A stretch of 60,574 nt of DNA from an uncultured virus (IMG/VR IMGVR_UViG_3300044641_005651) (Duplodnaviria > Heunggongvirae > Uroviricota > Caudoviricetes): the IMG/VR virus record IMGVR_UViG_3300044641_005651; one strand, written 5' to 3'. Positions within the stretch are counted from its first letter, which is position 1. Each line of letters begins with the position of its first letter. Shown one piece after another: positions 18,343-28,415 of this stretch. The notes beneath the pieces were generated by a model. That model was not told the DNA's origin. It saw only the letters and a list, made by a program, of their open reading frames with translations, and made no database searches. The position numbers and the translations under genes are program-made.

Positions 18343-21300
18343 TTATGCTCCATCTGCTTTGATATCTACGGTAATACCTGTAACAGATACTCCATTGCTA
18401 GAATAATATAGAGATATGCCGCATTGATTATTAGTTTTACCTGTAATAATTGGCACTACTGGATCTGTGCCAGATGTTTGACTAACTGTTATAGTAGGGA
18501 CTACAGTAAATCCAGCAGCACTGTAATCTATAGTAGTATTACTAGAATTTATCGTATTACTAGTAGAAAATACTTTTCTAGTTAAGTTAACTGCATATCT
18601 AAGCTTATCCAATATAGTAGACACTTGTCCGGGTTTGGAATTTACTATAGAAACTCTAAGTTGGAAATGTCTAAAAGTAATATCAGATTCAGTTAAAGGA
18701 GCGTAACCATCGTTGGTTGCAAATCCTACGAAAGCATTAGTATTAACTTGATTATTACCAGAGTAATAAACATTACTAGCAGTTGAATATCTTAAGTCTA
18801 CGTTGTAAGATATAGAATTACTTGGCCCCTCAAAAGTAGATGTTAATCTGTCATTATACTGTGTTAAATTAACTAATGCATAAGAAGTAGCACTTCCACT
18901 TAAATTAGCTAATATATTGCTACCTGTAGACACTCCATTTGCAAAATAAGTATTACTAAATTGAATTATGCCTAAAGAAGAATTTGTCACACTAAGTATA
19001 AGGGCATAACTATTAGCGTTTGATACATCATCAACAAACTGTCCATAGTTCCATATAGCATAAACATTACCACTAGGACCTCCGCTTGTCAATGTTTTAT
19101 TATCTGTATCATACGTTGCTATATCTAAAAACGTTGTAAGAGCGCTATCTTGAAAAAATCCAGGACTTTGTAAGGCGTCAGATACCCCAACGAGAACATT
19201 TTCTTTAAAATCATTGTATGTTGAAGTAACACTTTGAATAACGTTTACACTAGATACTAACCTGCCAGTAATAAGTTGTCCTAAATCTCTTATTTGAGTA
19301 TAATATACCGCATTAGCAGACGCATTAAGATCTGTAACGCCTACACCAACAGTAAATCCAGTAGAAGTTCCATTAGAATTATCAACTATACTTCTACCTG
19401 CTCCTGCTATTCCTCCATAAACAGAATTAGCAAAACTTGGATAATAATATTCAAAATAATTATTATTAGTAGATCCAGATATATAGTCATTTGCACCTGG
19501 ATTATCTTCGCTGAACGCTCTAAAAGTAAACAAGCTAGCTGGTCGTATAGTAGTTATAGTAAATATAGCTATATCAGATGCTTCACACTGATTACCTGTT
19601 GTATCTCTAGTTCTTAATAAGTAAGTAAAAGTACCATACTCTCTAACAGGCGCATTTAAGAAACTTACGTTAGCAAAAGCAGATCCTATACTTGTTGAGG
19701 ATTCCCAGTTAGATTCTGTGACAGAACTATAAGTTCCTGTTAATTGTTTTATCTCAAATTGATATAAGTCTATTTCTAGAGGATCACCGTTTTGATCTCT
19801 AGGAACTGTCCAAGAGAATAAAATTTGATCTCCAAGTTGACTGGCTGAAAAACGGGTTACTCCGTCTGGTTTAGCAGTTTTACCCACTATATCTGCTGAG
19901 GTTTCTGTAGTAATACCTCTGATATCATTATTAAGAGGTGTAACTCTAGCATAAAAACGATAATTACCAGCAGAGGCACCTCTTTCTATATTATCAATCT
20001 TAAAATATAATTTTCCGTCTTCTGCTATACCGCTAGCAGACACTTTTACAGTAGTATAAGTAAGCAGATCAGCTCCAGAACTATTATCTTCTATTTTATA
20101 AGATATTTCATAGTCTGTAACAGATTGATTAACTATAGGAGTAAAATTTATAGTAGCTCTAACAGCAATACCAACTTGTTTATCTCTGTAAAGAGATTCA
20201 GATATTTGTAAATCTGTTACTTTTCCTATCGGTAAAGTATCAATATTTACCTGTTTAGTAGAATATGCGCTTTTTCTATTAAAACTATTCTTATTTCTAG
20301 CTCTTACAACATAACTTCCTGGGGCTATGTTTTTTATCTTTCCTTCTTTACTTATGTCTAAGGATTCAAAAGTTTTACTTAAACTTACGTTATATACTTT
20401 ATAAGATCCTAATTCGTAAACTCCTGGATATATTGTGTTGTCATAGTCCAAAGTGAATGTATTAGCTGTAGCATTCAAATTTCCTACAGTGCCTTGAATA
20501 TCATTAGATATATTTACGCCCGTAACTCCAGATATATTAGCAGTAAGCGATGTAGCAAATTTAACTCTGTAAATACAATTAGTAGTTAAATAGGCGTTAT
20601 AACTAGGGCTTGAAGAATTGTAACTAGTCTCAGAAACAGCATAGATATTACCAGAAAACAAAGAAATATTATCTCCCGGTTCTATGATAGGGACAGTATA
20701 GTGGTTTGTTCTTACGGTAAGAACTTTTCCAGTTCCAGTCTGGACAGTAATATTAGATTTACTATCCCAAGTAAAAACACCTTGAGCTTGTTCTTGGTTA
20801 TCAATATATACTGAAATTGCAGTCTTATATCTTGGTACTATGTTTATATCAACAGTAGAAGATCCTGCAACAGCTATAGCCTCAATATTAAAAGTCTTTG
20901 TAAATATATGTGAATATCCTTCTAGATACACGCTATTATTATTAAATTTAGTCTGATCTAAAAGTTGACTTATTTTTAAGTAGAAAGGAGGCTCAGGTAA
21001 ACTATCTAATAAGAAAGTCTCTGGGTGGTTAGCGCTTACACTATTATTAACCTTTAAAGTATTATTACTTAAGTTAAAACTCTCTATAGGCATACTAATC
21101 TGCGTTACAATAGGATTATATCCTACATGTCCTATATCTGCACCCGTATCTGTTTTCTCATTAATAGGTATTCCTACATAATCAATACCCTTTAGGTTAC
21201 CAAAAACAGCAGGGTCATCATTAACTAATAATACATTTTTATTAAAGTTTAAGTCTATTGCACTAGCTAATCCAGTAACAGTAAATTCTAAGTTACCATT

Positions 21301-21462
21301 TTTTATAGTTCTATCTCCAGTAACATCTACTCTATTTACTGATGTGCATAACAGAGGTATAGATCCTAGAAGGGTATTAAATCCATTTTTGCCTACCAGA
21401 GCTACTCCGATACCATTAGATATATTAGAAGTATTTTCTACGGTTATTGTTTTATATGCCAT
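18343..21462 (-). CDS. Central tail fibre / tip protein with FnIII-like repeats
   Basis: Beta-rich 1039 aa; YVVRARN, YRFYARV, GKTAKPDGV, GTFTYLLRTRDTTGN; coupled (TAATG) to the J-like gene. Confidence 0.72.
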   Translation of the reverse strand: MAYKTITVENTSNISNGIGVALVGKNGFNTLLGSIPLLCTSVNRVDVTGDRTIKNGNLEFTVTGLASAIDLNFNKNVLLVNDDPAVFGNLKGIDYVGIPINEKTDTGADIGHVGYNPIVTQISMPIESFNLSNNTLKVNNSVSANHPETFLLDSLPEPPFYLKISQLLDQTKFNNNSVYLEGYSHIFTKTFNIEAIAVAGSSTVDINIVPRYKTAISVYIDNQEQAQGVFTWDSKSNITVQTGTGKVLTVRTNHYTVPIIEPGDNISLFSGNIYAVSETSYNSSSPSYNAYLTTNCIYRVKFATSLTANISGVTGVNISNDIQGTVGNLNATANTFTLDYDNTIYPGVYELGSYKVYNVSLSKTFESLDISKEGKIKNIAPGSYVVRARNKNSFNRKSAYSTKQVNIDTLPIGKVTDLQISESLYRDKQVGIAVRATINFTPIVNQSVTDYEISYKIEDNSSGADLLTYTTVKVSASGIAEDGKLYFKIDNIERGASAGNYRFYARVTPLNNDIRGITTETSADIVGKTAKPDGVTRFSASQLGDQILFSWTVPRDQNGDPLEIDLYQFEIKQLTGTYSSVTESNWESSTSIGSAFANVSFLNAPVREYGTFTYLLRTRDTTGNQCEASDIAIFTITTIRPASLFTFRAFSEDNPGANDYISGSTNNNYFEYYYPSFANSVYGGIAGAGRSIVDNSNGTSTGFTVGVGVTDLNASANAVYYTQIRDLGQLITGRLVSSVNVIQSVTSTYNDFKENVLVGVSDALQSPGFFQDSALTTFLDIATYDTDNKTLTSGGPSGNVYAIWNYGQFVDDVSNANSYALILSVTNSSLGIIQFSNTYFANGVSTGSNILANLSGSATSYALVNLTQYNDRLTSTFEGPSNSISYNVDLRYSTASNVYYSGNNQVNTNAFVGFATNDGYAPLTESDITFRHFQLRVSIVNSKPGQVSTILDKLRYAVNLTRKVFSTSNTINSSNTTIDYSAAGFTVVPTITVSQTSGTDPVVPIITGKTNNQCGISLYYSSNGVSVTGITVDIKADGA

Positions 21463-24413
21463 TACGATATGCCTTGTGCCAGCACTATTTCAGAGGGTTT
21501 AGCTAATTCCATTTCTGTAGCAATAGAAATTGGGTATCCGGTAGTATCAGTAGATGCATAAATCTCTAGGTCATACTGTACTGATCCATCTAAATTCTTT
21601 ATAGGTCTAGGTATTACTTTTAATATAGGTGCAGGAGGTGGTATTAGAGGATTAGCTGTATCGGTATATTTAACAGGAACGTAACTAATAATGCTATCAG
21701 AATCTGTATATACGTTAGATACATATTCTGTAGCAGTTATAGTAACTAACTCATCAGTATCTCTTTCTACGTTTACTATCTTAAATAGTTTATCATTAGT
21801 GTTGGTATAGTAATTAGAAGGATCTACTTCTCCTAAAGACCATATATCACCTTTTACGGGAACATTATTAGAAGTAAAATTACTAAAAGAGGCAAAAGTT
21901 CTAGTCTGAGGTTTGTATACTTTTTGAACTGTAAGTTCAATAATGTCTATGCCTGCATTAACATTAGAACTAGATACAGAACTATAAGTATTATTACATA
22001 TATACAACTCTACTCTCTCTGTCTCTCTATTAATTACTCTCAAAGCTATGGGTTTAGTGTTCCCAGTTATGACAGAACCTGTAATAGCGGGACTAGTAAA
22101 GTGTTCTAGTATTACATTTCCAGTAGCTGTAGTAGCGTTAGCAAATACTCTTCCTCCGTAACCCCAAGCTATACCTCCTATTCTTTGAGATACTGCTATA
22201 ACATCTCCAATGGTAGAGGTCATACCTTCAGCAGGCGTTTTAAAAGTAGCCTTTCTTCTGACATATTTGCTAGATGCTAATAAATACTGCCCAAACCTCA
22301 TTGCCTGACTTCGTCTATCACAACCAGGTAAATCTATAGATTTTACATTTTCTATAGAATTAAGCTCAGATATAGCGGTAGGGTCGTCTATTCTTACTAA
22401 CTCTCTACGAGAATGATTTCTAGGCTCAAGATAAGATACCTCTACGCCTGTTAAAATTTCTGACTCTCTGATACCACTAATTAGTAAAGAGTTTTTTAAG
22501 ATATTTGTCTCATTATATACAGCTACGGGTATTTCATCAGGAAGATCTACATTTAATGAGATCTTTCCGCCAGAGTAGAACAGGATACCTCTAAATATAG
22601 CAGTAATCTGATTAATAATATCCATAACTTGTTTTTGGCTGTTAAGAGATATATTACAAGTAAATCTGCGCTCTATGATCTGAGTTCCTAAACTAACTCC
22701 AATTTGATTTTCTCTTACTGTGGTAAATTTACCCCTAGGTTTACTTCTAAAGGTGCCGTCTGCATATCCAGTGACTCCTGTAAATCTACCTGTCTTAGGG
22801 TCAACTGCATCACAATATTGAGCTATCTTGTAGAATTTAAACTTATCTATGTTACCTTCTGGTATTCCTAATCCGTAAGACTGGTTAGTTAATAAATCAT
22901 ATAGAACCCATATAGGATTCTGAGTCCATTTATAGACGAAAGTACCATCCCAGGATCCTTTATAAATTATGGGATTAGCTTCTGTAAGCTGAGTAGAAGA
23001 TCCTGGATTTTCTAAGCTATATCCACAAGTAGTGTAAGAAAGAGCGCCAGAAGTAGGAGTTTCTAACTCTCTCCAATCAATTTCTCCTGTAGCTAATACA
23101 GGTTGATTATAATTACTAGGAACCTTTATTATAAGGCCTTTTACAAGCGAAGTAACAGTAGGAATAGAGCCTGAATATTCAGCGGTAGATTTTAAAGCAA
23201 ATCCTAGCAGTGCTGTTCTAGGGTATACCTGTTTAGAATTTTTTATCTCATCCCATCCAACAAACTGTATAGTATCTTGTATTTTAGAGCTATCTGAATC
23301 ATCAGTAATTTTTTCAATTTTAAACTGATATCCGTTTCCACTCTTGACATTATCAGGTATAATAGCTGAGATTTGAAATTTAAAATTAGTATTAGTTTTT
23401 CCTGATATAGTTTTTTCTATTATTAAATCATCCCCGTTTTCGTCTTTAAGTATATTAGCTCCTGTATAGTCATAAATAGTTATTTTAACACCTACAGAGT
23501 AACCACTGACATTACCGTTGTTATCCATACTTTGTAGCCCAGAGATTAAGAAATTAAATTCTAAGCTATCCCAGGCGCTTTGACTTGTGTTTTGTGTAAT
23601 AACTACTTTAGGTATACTCTCTAAATTACCCTTTTTAAGACTTACTGGGGAGTTTAGTCCTTGAGGTGTTACAGTTTTACCAGCAAATCTACCTAAACTA
23701 GCTGGCAATCCTTTACCCGTAACTGTCCCTGTTGACTGTGCCGTATAGAATAATTCAGTATTTACAGTTCCATCACCATCTATTTTTATTAAGTCGTCTA
23801 TAGTAGATTCGTTAAATTCTATATCTTGAGGGCCATTAGGATTAATACGATATACTGGTCCCTCTCCTAAAGCTAAAGTGCCGAAGAAAATATCAGTAGA
23901 AAATAGAGAATTAGGCGCCTCCACAGCAGGAGCTGGAGAAGCTCCCTTTCCTCCACCCTTATTATGCACGCGAATGCCGTTGGCTATATAGGTATGATCA
24001 TTTTCTACAGTAAAATTATATACTTTACTTTTACCTATATTTTTAATTTCTAAAATAGGTCTATAATATCCTAATCTATCAACTAAGACATCATCTATTT
24101 GTAAATTACCTATAGCTGTAAAAGCCATATTCTCATTTAAAACCCAGTGATTAGGTGTTATTTTAAAACTACCATTCCAAAAAGAAATATCTACTAGCTC
24201 ATCTTCATCGTGCTCGAATATTTGAATGACTTTATTCTCTGATAGTTTACCATAATGATCAAAGCTAATTACTATATCACCTACTCGTATTTCTTCAATA
24301 GGTTTATTACCGCCAGGAATATCTATAAGGGTTCCTGCCGCGAAGCATCCTCCTTTACCTCCAGAGATAAAGGGCACATATCTACCGTTTATAATATAGT
24401 AAGATTTATACAT
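21462..24413 (-). CDS. Tail tip/hub protein (lambda gpJ-like) with N-terminal Hint domain
   Basis: LGEGPV, YPRTAL, WDGTF..WTQNPIWVLYDLL, RFTCN, GCDRRSQAMRFG; start ATG 24413 (or 24425). Confidence 0.88.
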   Translation of the reverse strand: MYKSYYIINGRYVPFISGGKGGCFAAGTLIDIPGGNKPIEEIRVGDIVISFDHYGKLSENKVIQIFEHDEDELVDISFWNGSFKITPNHWVLNENMAFTAIGNLQIDDVLVDRLGYYRPILEIKNIGKSKVYNFTVENDHTYIANGIRVHNKGGGKGASPAPAVEAPNSLFSTDIFFGTLALGEGPVYRINPNGPQDIEFNESTIDDLIKIDGDGTVNTELFYTAQSTGTVTGKGLPASLGRFAGKTVTPQGLNSPVSLKKGNLESIPKVVITQNTSQSAWDSLEFNFLISGLQSMDNNGNVSGYSVGVKITIYDYTGANILKDENGDDLIIEKTISGKTNTNFKFQISAIIPDNVKSGNGYQFKIEKITDDSDSSKIQDTIQFVGWDEIKNSKQVYPRTALLGFALKSTAEYSGSIPTVTSLVKGLIIKVPSNYNQPVLATGEIDWRELETPTSGALSYTTCGYSLENPGSSTQLTEANPIIYKGSWDGTFVYKWTQNPIWVLYDLLTNQSYGLGIPEGNIDKFKFYKIAQYCDAVDPKTGRFTGVTGYADGTFRSKPRGKFTTVRENQIGVSLGTQIIERRFTCNISLNSQKQVMDIINQITAIFRGILFYSGGKISLNVDLPDEIPVAVYNETNILKNSLLISGIRESEILTGVEVSYLEPRNHSRRELVRIDDPTAISELNSIENVKSIDLPGCDRRSQAMRFGQYLLASSKYVRRKATFKTPAEGMTSTIGDVIAVSQRIGGIAWGYGGRVFANATTATGNVILEHFTSPAITGSVITGNTKPIALRVINRETERVELYICNNTYSSVSSSNVNAGIDIIELTVQKVYKPQTRTFASFSNFTSNNVPVKGDIWSLGEVDPSNYYTNTNDKLFKIVNVERDTDELVTITATEYVSNVYTDSDSIISYVPVKYTDTANPLIPPPAPILKVIPRPIKNLDGSVQYDLEIYASTDTTGYPISIATEMELAKPSEIVLAQGIS
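23961..24347 (-). other. Hint (intein-like/BIL) domain, 129 aa, no homing endonuclease
   Basis: CFAAGT block A, ITPNHW block B, VYNFTVENDHTYIANGIRVHN blocks F/G; +1 residue is Lys. Confidence 0.92.
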
Positions 24414-24969
24414 AGCTTGATACATTAATTACATCACCTTTTTCGTGATTAATAGTATTTACATCCGCACTAATAATCTGACCGCCAACTCTCAACATAC
24501 CATAGTTTAAAGGTATAGAATTACTGCTGTCAACTGTATTTATTATACCATCGAAAGCATCATTATTTCTTCTATCCTGATCTGTTATACCTATATCAGA
24601 TCTTTTTGGCTTAGGCATAATAGCTTGTATAACTGCGCCTAGAGCAAAGCTAATAACTGTTCCTACTATTGCTCTAGTAAAAGCTTGAGCAAAAGTAGCG
24701 CTTGTTATTGACCCAAGGAGTTCACTATTTCCACAAACTAAAGGAACTACGAAACAACCTGTTTGAGTTTCTGGTATTTCATCCTGCATTAACCAACTAT
24801 CTGGAAAGGGTTTGAAATCTTGGGTAAGAAGAAGTGTTTTTGTTTTATCTATGGCAGGATAAAAGTTTTGTATATAAGAAGTAAGATCAGATACTTTTTT
24901 AATATTTATAGCTACTTGAGCTATATCTTCTGGTTGTAATAAGGACTTATGAAAACGAATATTATACAT
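24406..24969 (-). CDS. Tail assembly protein, lambda gpI-like (Ubl domain), paralog 2
   Basis: VVPLVCG, hydrophobic middle, AFD..INT..IPLNYGMLRVGGQIIS. Confidence 0.75.
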   Translation of the reverse strand: MYNIRFHKSLLQPEDIAQVAINIKKVSDLTSYIQNFYPAIDKTKTLLLTQDFKPFPDSWLMQDEIPETQTGCFVVPLVCGNSELLGSITSATFAQAFTRAIVGTVISFALGAVIQAIMPKPKRSDIGITDQDRRNNDAFDGIINTVDSSNSIPLNYGMLRVGGQIISADVNTINHEKGDVINVSSYV

Positions 24970-25735
24970 AAGCTGCCACACTAATTACGTCAGTTTTTTC
25001 ATGACTAATACTATTTACATCCGCGCTAATAATCTGTCCAGCGACTCTTAACATACCATAGTTGAGAGATATAGATTGGTTGGGATGTATAGTATTTATC
25101 TGACTATCAAAAGCATCATTATTACGTCTATCCCCAGAATCAGCAGAATCCATACTTTTAATTTTAGGTTTAATAGGGACTAGAGTATTTGAAACTATGT
25201 TTCCAACTGCACTAGCTATTCCTGCTGCTACGTAAGAACCTACTGTTCCTTGAAAAGCTGTAGTTCCTAGTCCAGCAGGACCTAATATAGTTTCTCCTAA
25301 TACAGGAGTAGCAAACTGTTGAAATCCGTAAGCCCCCACCGCTGCAAAAGCTCCATTAATCAAACCTCTAACGAGCGCCTGTCCTAAACTAGCACCTTGT
25401 AATAAAGAGACTGTGGTAGATAATACAAAACTTACTGCAAAAGCAGATAGAGGATCTACTCCACTTCCTTTAAAAACAGGAACTAAATAATAAATCTCAC
25501 CTTCTTTAGCTAAAAATAAAAATTCTTCATTAGATAGATAGCGATTATTATGAACTATAGCTATCTCTTCTAAAGAGCTGAATTTAACGTGTTTTACTAA
25601 ACGTTCCAGCTCTGGGAATAGGTTTAAAGAGTTTAAAAATAAAAAATAAATAGCGTCGGCTGTCATCTCTACTTGTTTGACGCCGTTGGTATAAGGTAAT
25701 AGACTTTTATGAAAAGATACAGTTACACTAGACAA
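24962..25735 (-). CDS. Tail assembly protein, lambda gpI-like (Ubl domain), paralog 1
   Basis: LVPVFKGSG, Gly/Ala hydrophobic stretch, ISLNYGMLRVAGQIIS. Confidence 0.75.
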   Translation of the reverse strand: MSSVTVSFHKSLLPYTNGVKQVEMTADAIYFLFLNSLNLFPELERLVKHVKFSSLEEIAIVHNNRYLSNEEFLFLAKEGEIYYLVPVFKGSGVDPLSAFAVSFVLSTTVSLLQGASLGQALVRGLINGAFAAVGAYGFQQFATPVLGETILGPAGLGTTAFQGTVGSYVAAGIASAVGNIVSNTLVPIKPKIKSMDSADSGDRRNNDAFDSQINTIHPNQSISLNYGMLRVAGQIISADVNSISHEKTDVISVAAYV

Positions 25736-26099
25736 GATGTCGCTCTTCTAACTCTTCATACATAAGAGATTTTAGTTTTTTATCATACCAATAAATATAG
25801 AAACGGTTATTGAAACCTACTATAAACTTGTAGCAATCGAAAACTGTGCTGGCCATATCTTCTTCGCTAGGTATAGGATTATCACTTCCTGGATGAGAAT
25901 GAACTATGCCCCACGTAGTATCTTCATATTGTAATAAACTAACAGGATCTAAGATAAAATTAGTTTTTGGAGATCCGCTGATATTTTTACAAGGCACATA
26001 CTCCCAGTCAGTAGTTATTATACCGCATGCCTCCCTAGGATACTCATTAATAAAATGAGTAGTCATTTGATCTTTTAATTTTTCTAAAACTGATGCCAT
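25728..26099 (-). CDS. Stand-alone JAB/MPN+ metalloprotease (gpK N-domain-like)
   Basis: YPREACG, HSHP..PSEED. Confidence 0.88.
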   Translation of the reverse strand: MASVLEKLKDQMTTHFINEYPREACGIITTDWEYVPCKNISGSPKTNFILDPVSLLQYEDTTWGIVHSHPGSDNPIPSEEDMASTVFDCYKFIVGFNNRFYIYWYDKKLKSLMYEELEERHLV

Positions 26100-26506
26100 C
26101 TATAAATATCCACCGTATATTGTTTATAATATCTACCGTAAGGAGCTATCCAACTGTTATTACCTATCATAGTTTGTAGAATTTTATCTTTACCAAGATA
26201 GAGAGCGCAGTGATTAGCAATATTGGTAGTTCCAATAGACATAATAATCATATCGTATTCTTTAGGAGTTTTAACAGACCTAAACCCAGCTCTCTCAGCA
26301 CTAGGCTTACCAAACAAATGGTTATTAGTTTCTATATACCATTTTTCTTCTGGATTACTACAAAAATCTGCAGTAGATAGAGATATCTCTATACCTAATT
26401 CATGTTTATACACCCATCGAATGAGATTAAAACAATCTATACCTGTATCAGGATTATCTCCTAAATGTTTATAAGGAAATCCTTCGTATTTTAAATATCT
26501 TTCCAT
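26084..26506 (-). CDS. NlpC/P60 peptidase (gpK C-domain-like)
   Basis: GIDCFNL, HCALYLG. Confidence 0.85.
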   Translation of the reverse strand: MERYLKYEGFPYKHLGDNPDTGIDCFNLIRWVYKHELGIEISLSTADFCSNPEEKWYIETNNHLFGKPSAERAGFRSVKTPKEYDMIIMSIGTTNIANHCALYLGKDKILQTMIGNNSWIAPYGRYYKQYTVDIYRWHQF

Positions 26507-26877
26507 CTAATTATATACTTTATCTTATCTCTATATTCTTGATTAAGTTCATCAATTTTTATATATTTTCTATGATGAATAAATCTATTTAATCCAATAT
26601 AAACACCGAAATGTTGCGGTCTAATATCTCGCAATTTAAAAAGAATAATATCAAATTCTTGTATATCTGAGAGATTTATTAATTTTGCTTGATTAAGTGT
26701 AATAAATCTATCTATATCTTCGTAAGATACTGAAGAGCCCCAGTTATGTTTGAAATGATACTGACTCATTTCTTCGATACCTTGAATACGATATCCTTGA
26801 TCTTCACATATCTTCTCTATAAGAGTCAAACAGTTATAACTTTCATAGGGCAGGTATAAGTATGTAGTCCAATCCAT
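26491..26877 (-). CDS. Second, divergent NlpC/P60 protein
   Basis: YNCLTL, DIILF, HFGVYIG..FIH. Confidence 0.75.
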   Translation of the reverse strand: MDWTTYLYLPYESYNCLTLIEKICEDQGYRIQGIEEMSQYHFKHNWGSSVSYEDIDRFITLNQAKLINLSDIQEFDIILFKLRDIRPQHFGVYIGLNRFIHHRKYIKIDELNQEYRDKIKYIIRWKDI

Positions 26878-28415
26878 TATCTTGGTAAAGTCCCTCCTGT
26901 GCCAGGAAATCCTCCAAAATGAAATTGATTACCTCGTAACTCACAAGCCTGTAAGTTTTTAGCACATACGTCTTCTGACAAAGTGTATACAGTTTCATTA
27001 CGAATATTAAAAAATCCATTAGCCGTAGCTCCGTCTGCTAATAAAGTTCCATTAGATACAATTAAAGTGTTAGATCCAGGTATGAGACCTGTTCCGCCAG
27101 TAGGATACTGACATTCACTTCCTTTATACACCCAAGGACAAACATTCTTATAGAATTTACGTCTAGGTAATTGTAATTTAAAATACTGTAACCAACTGGT
27201 TAATGAAAATGTTGCAGTTTGCTCATTTAATTCACTAAGACTATCAATTTTAAAAGTATCTAGCACATAGTTTTCAGAATCACGTTCTTGATTTACTATA
27301 AATACATTAGATCCTGGTATAAAATTAGCGCCTACATCTGTATTACATACTAGATATGGGTGATTAATAGCTACTATTTCAAATTTATTAGAACCTGTCA
27401 CACTATTGGTAATAATATCTCCTACTCTATAAGGTAAAGTAGTTATCATATTAATTAAATTACTTGAAGATCCATTGTAAGATTCATTAGATACGGTGCT
27501 GTATTCAGGCCATACATCGAGAAAATTGGCAAAAGTAGTTTTTATCTCTACAACAGCGCCGAGTAGATCTCTAGAATCTAATTTTAGTCTAGTCCAGGTC
27601 CCTCCTGTAGATAAAGTGGAATCATAATCAAATGCTGCATTAAGTCCTCTGGCTTCCCTTACGCTAGCATCGTAACTACCATGTGAAGGAACTGTTCTAG
27701 GATCTATGCCGTTTACTAATTCTCCGTTAACATAAGCAGCGGTAGATCCTGTACTATTATTACCTACAAGAAATGGGTTTTCTACAAGAGATCCTATAAG
27801 ATTATCAAAGTTAGATACTGTAATAGATAGGTCATTTATTTTACCAGACGAATCTGTGCTTAAGACACCGCTGTTAATAGGATATGGTATAAACTCCTGA
27901 CCACCCATATGAACTCTATAGTTTATGTCTGAGATATAATCTCCGCGAATTTCAGCGAATTTAAATGGAAAACTATAAGGCCAGACAAGTCCTGCTCCGT
28001 CTCCACTTGGATTACCATATTCATTAGTAGGATACCACTCTCCAGGATAATATATAGTATATAGTCTAACCAGCGGCTTTTGCTCAAAACTATTCTTCTC
28101 TTTAATAAACTTGCTTACGTTAATAGCACTAACCGTAGCAGTTCCTGTAGTTTGTTGAGTGTAAGTAGAAGTAGTGTTGCCTATGTCATGAGTATTAGAA
28201 CTAGTAGTCTTAACTATGTAGTTACTAAATATCTGTTCACCAACATGAAATTCAGCAATCGTATTAGATAGTTTTACCTTAATATTACTAGTAGCTACAT
28301 CTACATTGGCTATGATTGCCTCTGTTAGAGAAGTAACGCCTATAATAGTATTACCGGCCTTAAACCCTGTAGTTGTATCTACTTTTAATATGTAGTCGTA
28401 GTTTCTAGAAGTCAT
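26877..28415 (-). CDS. Minor tail protein, lambda gpL-like, enlarged
   Basis: LPRR..CPWVYKGSECQY..DVCAKNLQACELR..FGGFPG (four Cys of the gpL Fe-S site). Confidence 0.85.
   Translation of the reverse strand: MTSRNYDYILKVDTTTGFKAGNTIIGVTSLTEAIIANVDVATSNIKVKLSNTIAEFHVGEQIFSNYIVKTTSSNTHDIGNTTSTYTQQTTGTATVSAINVSKFIKEKNSFEQKPLVRLYTIYYPGEWYPTNEYGNPSGDGAGLVWPYSFPFKFAEIRGDYISDINYRVHMGGQEFIPYPINSGVLSTDSSGKINDLSITVSNFDNLIGSLVENPFLVGNNSTGSTAAYVNGELVNGIDPRTVPSHGSYDASVREARGLNAAFDYDSTLSTGGTWTRLKLDSRDLLGAVVEIKTTFANFLDVWPEYSTVSNESYNGSSSNLINMITTLPYRVGDIITNSVTGSNKFEIVAINHPYLVCNTDVGANFIPGSNVFIVNQERDSENYVLDTFKIDSLSELNEQTATFSLTSWLQYFKLQLPRRKFYKNVCPWVYKGSECQYPTGGTGLIPGSNTLIVSNGTLLADGATANGFFNIRNETVYTLSEDVCAKNLQACELRGNQFHFGGFPGTGGTLPR

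Noticed and set aside
23961..24347. Mobile homing intein
   Set aside because: Only 129 aa, no LAGLIDADG/HNH motifs, +1 is Lys.
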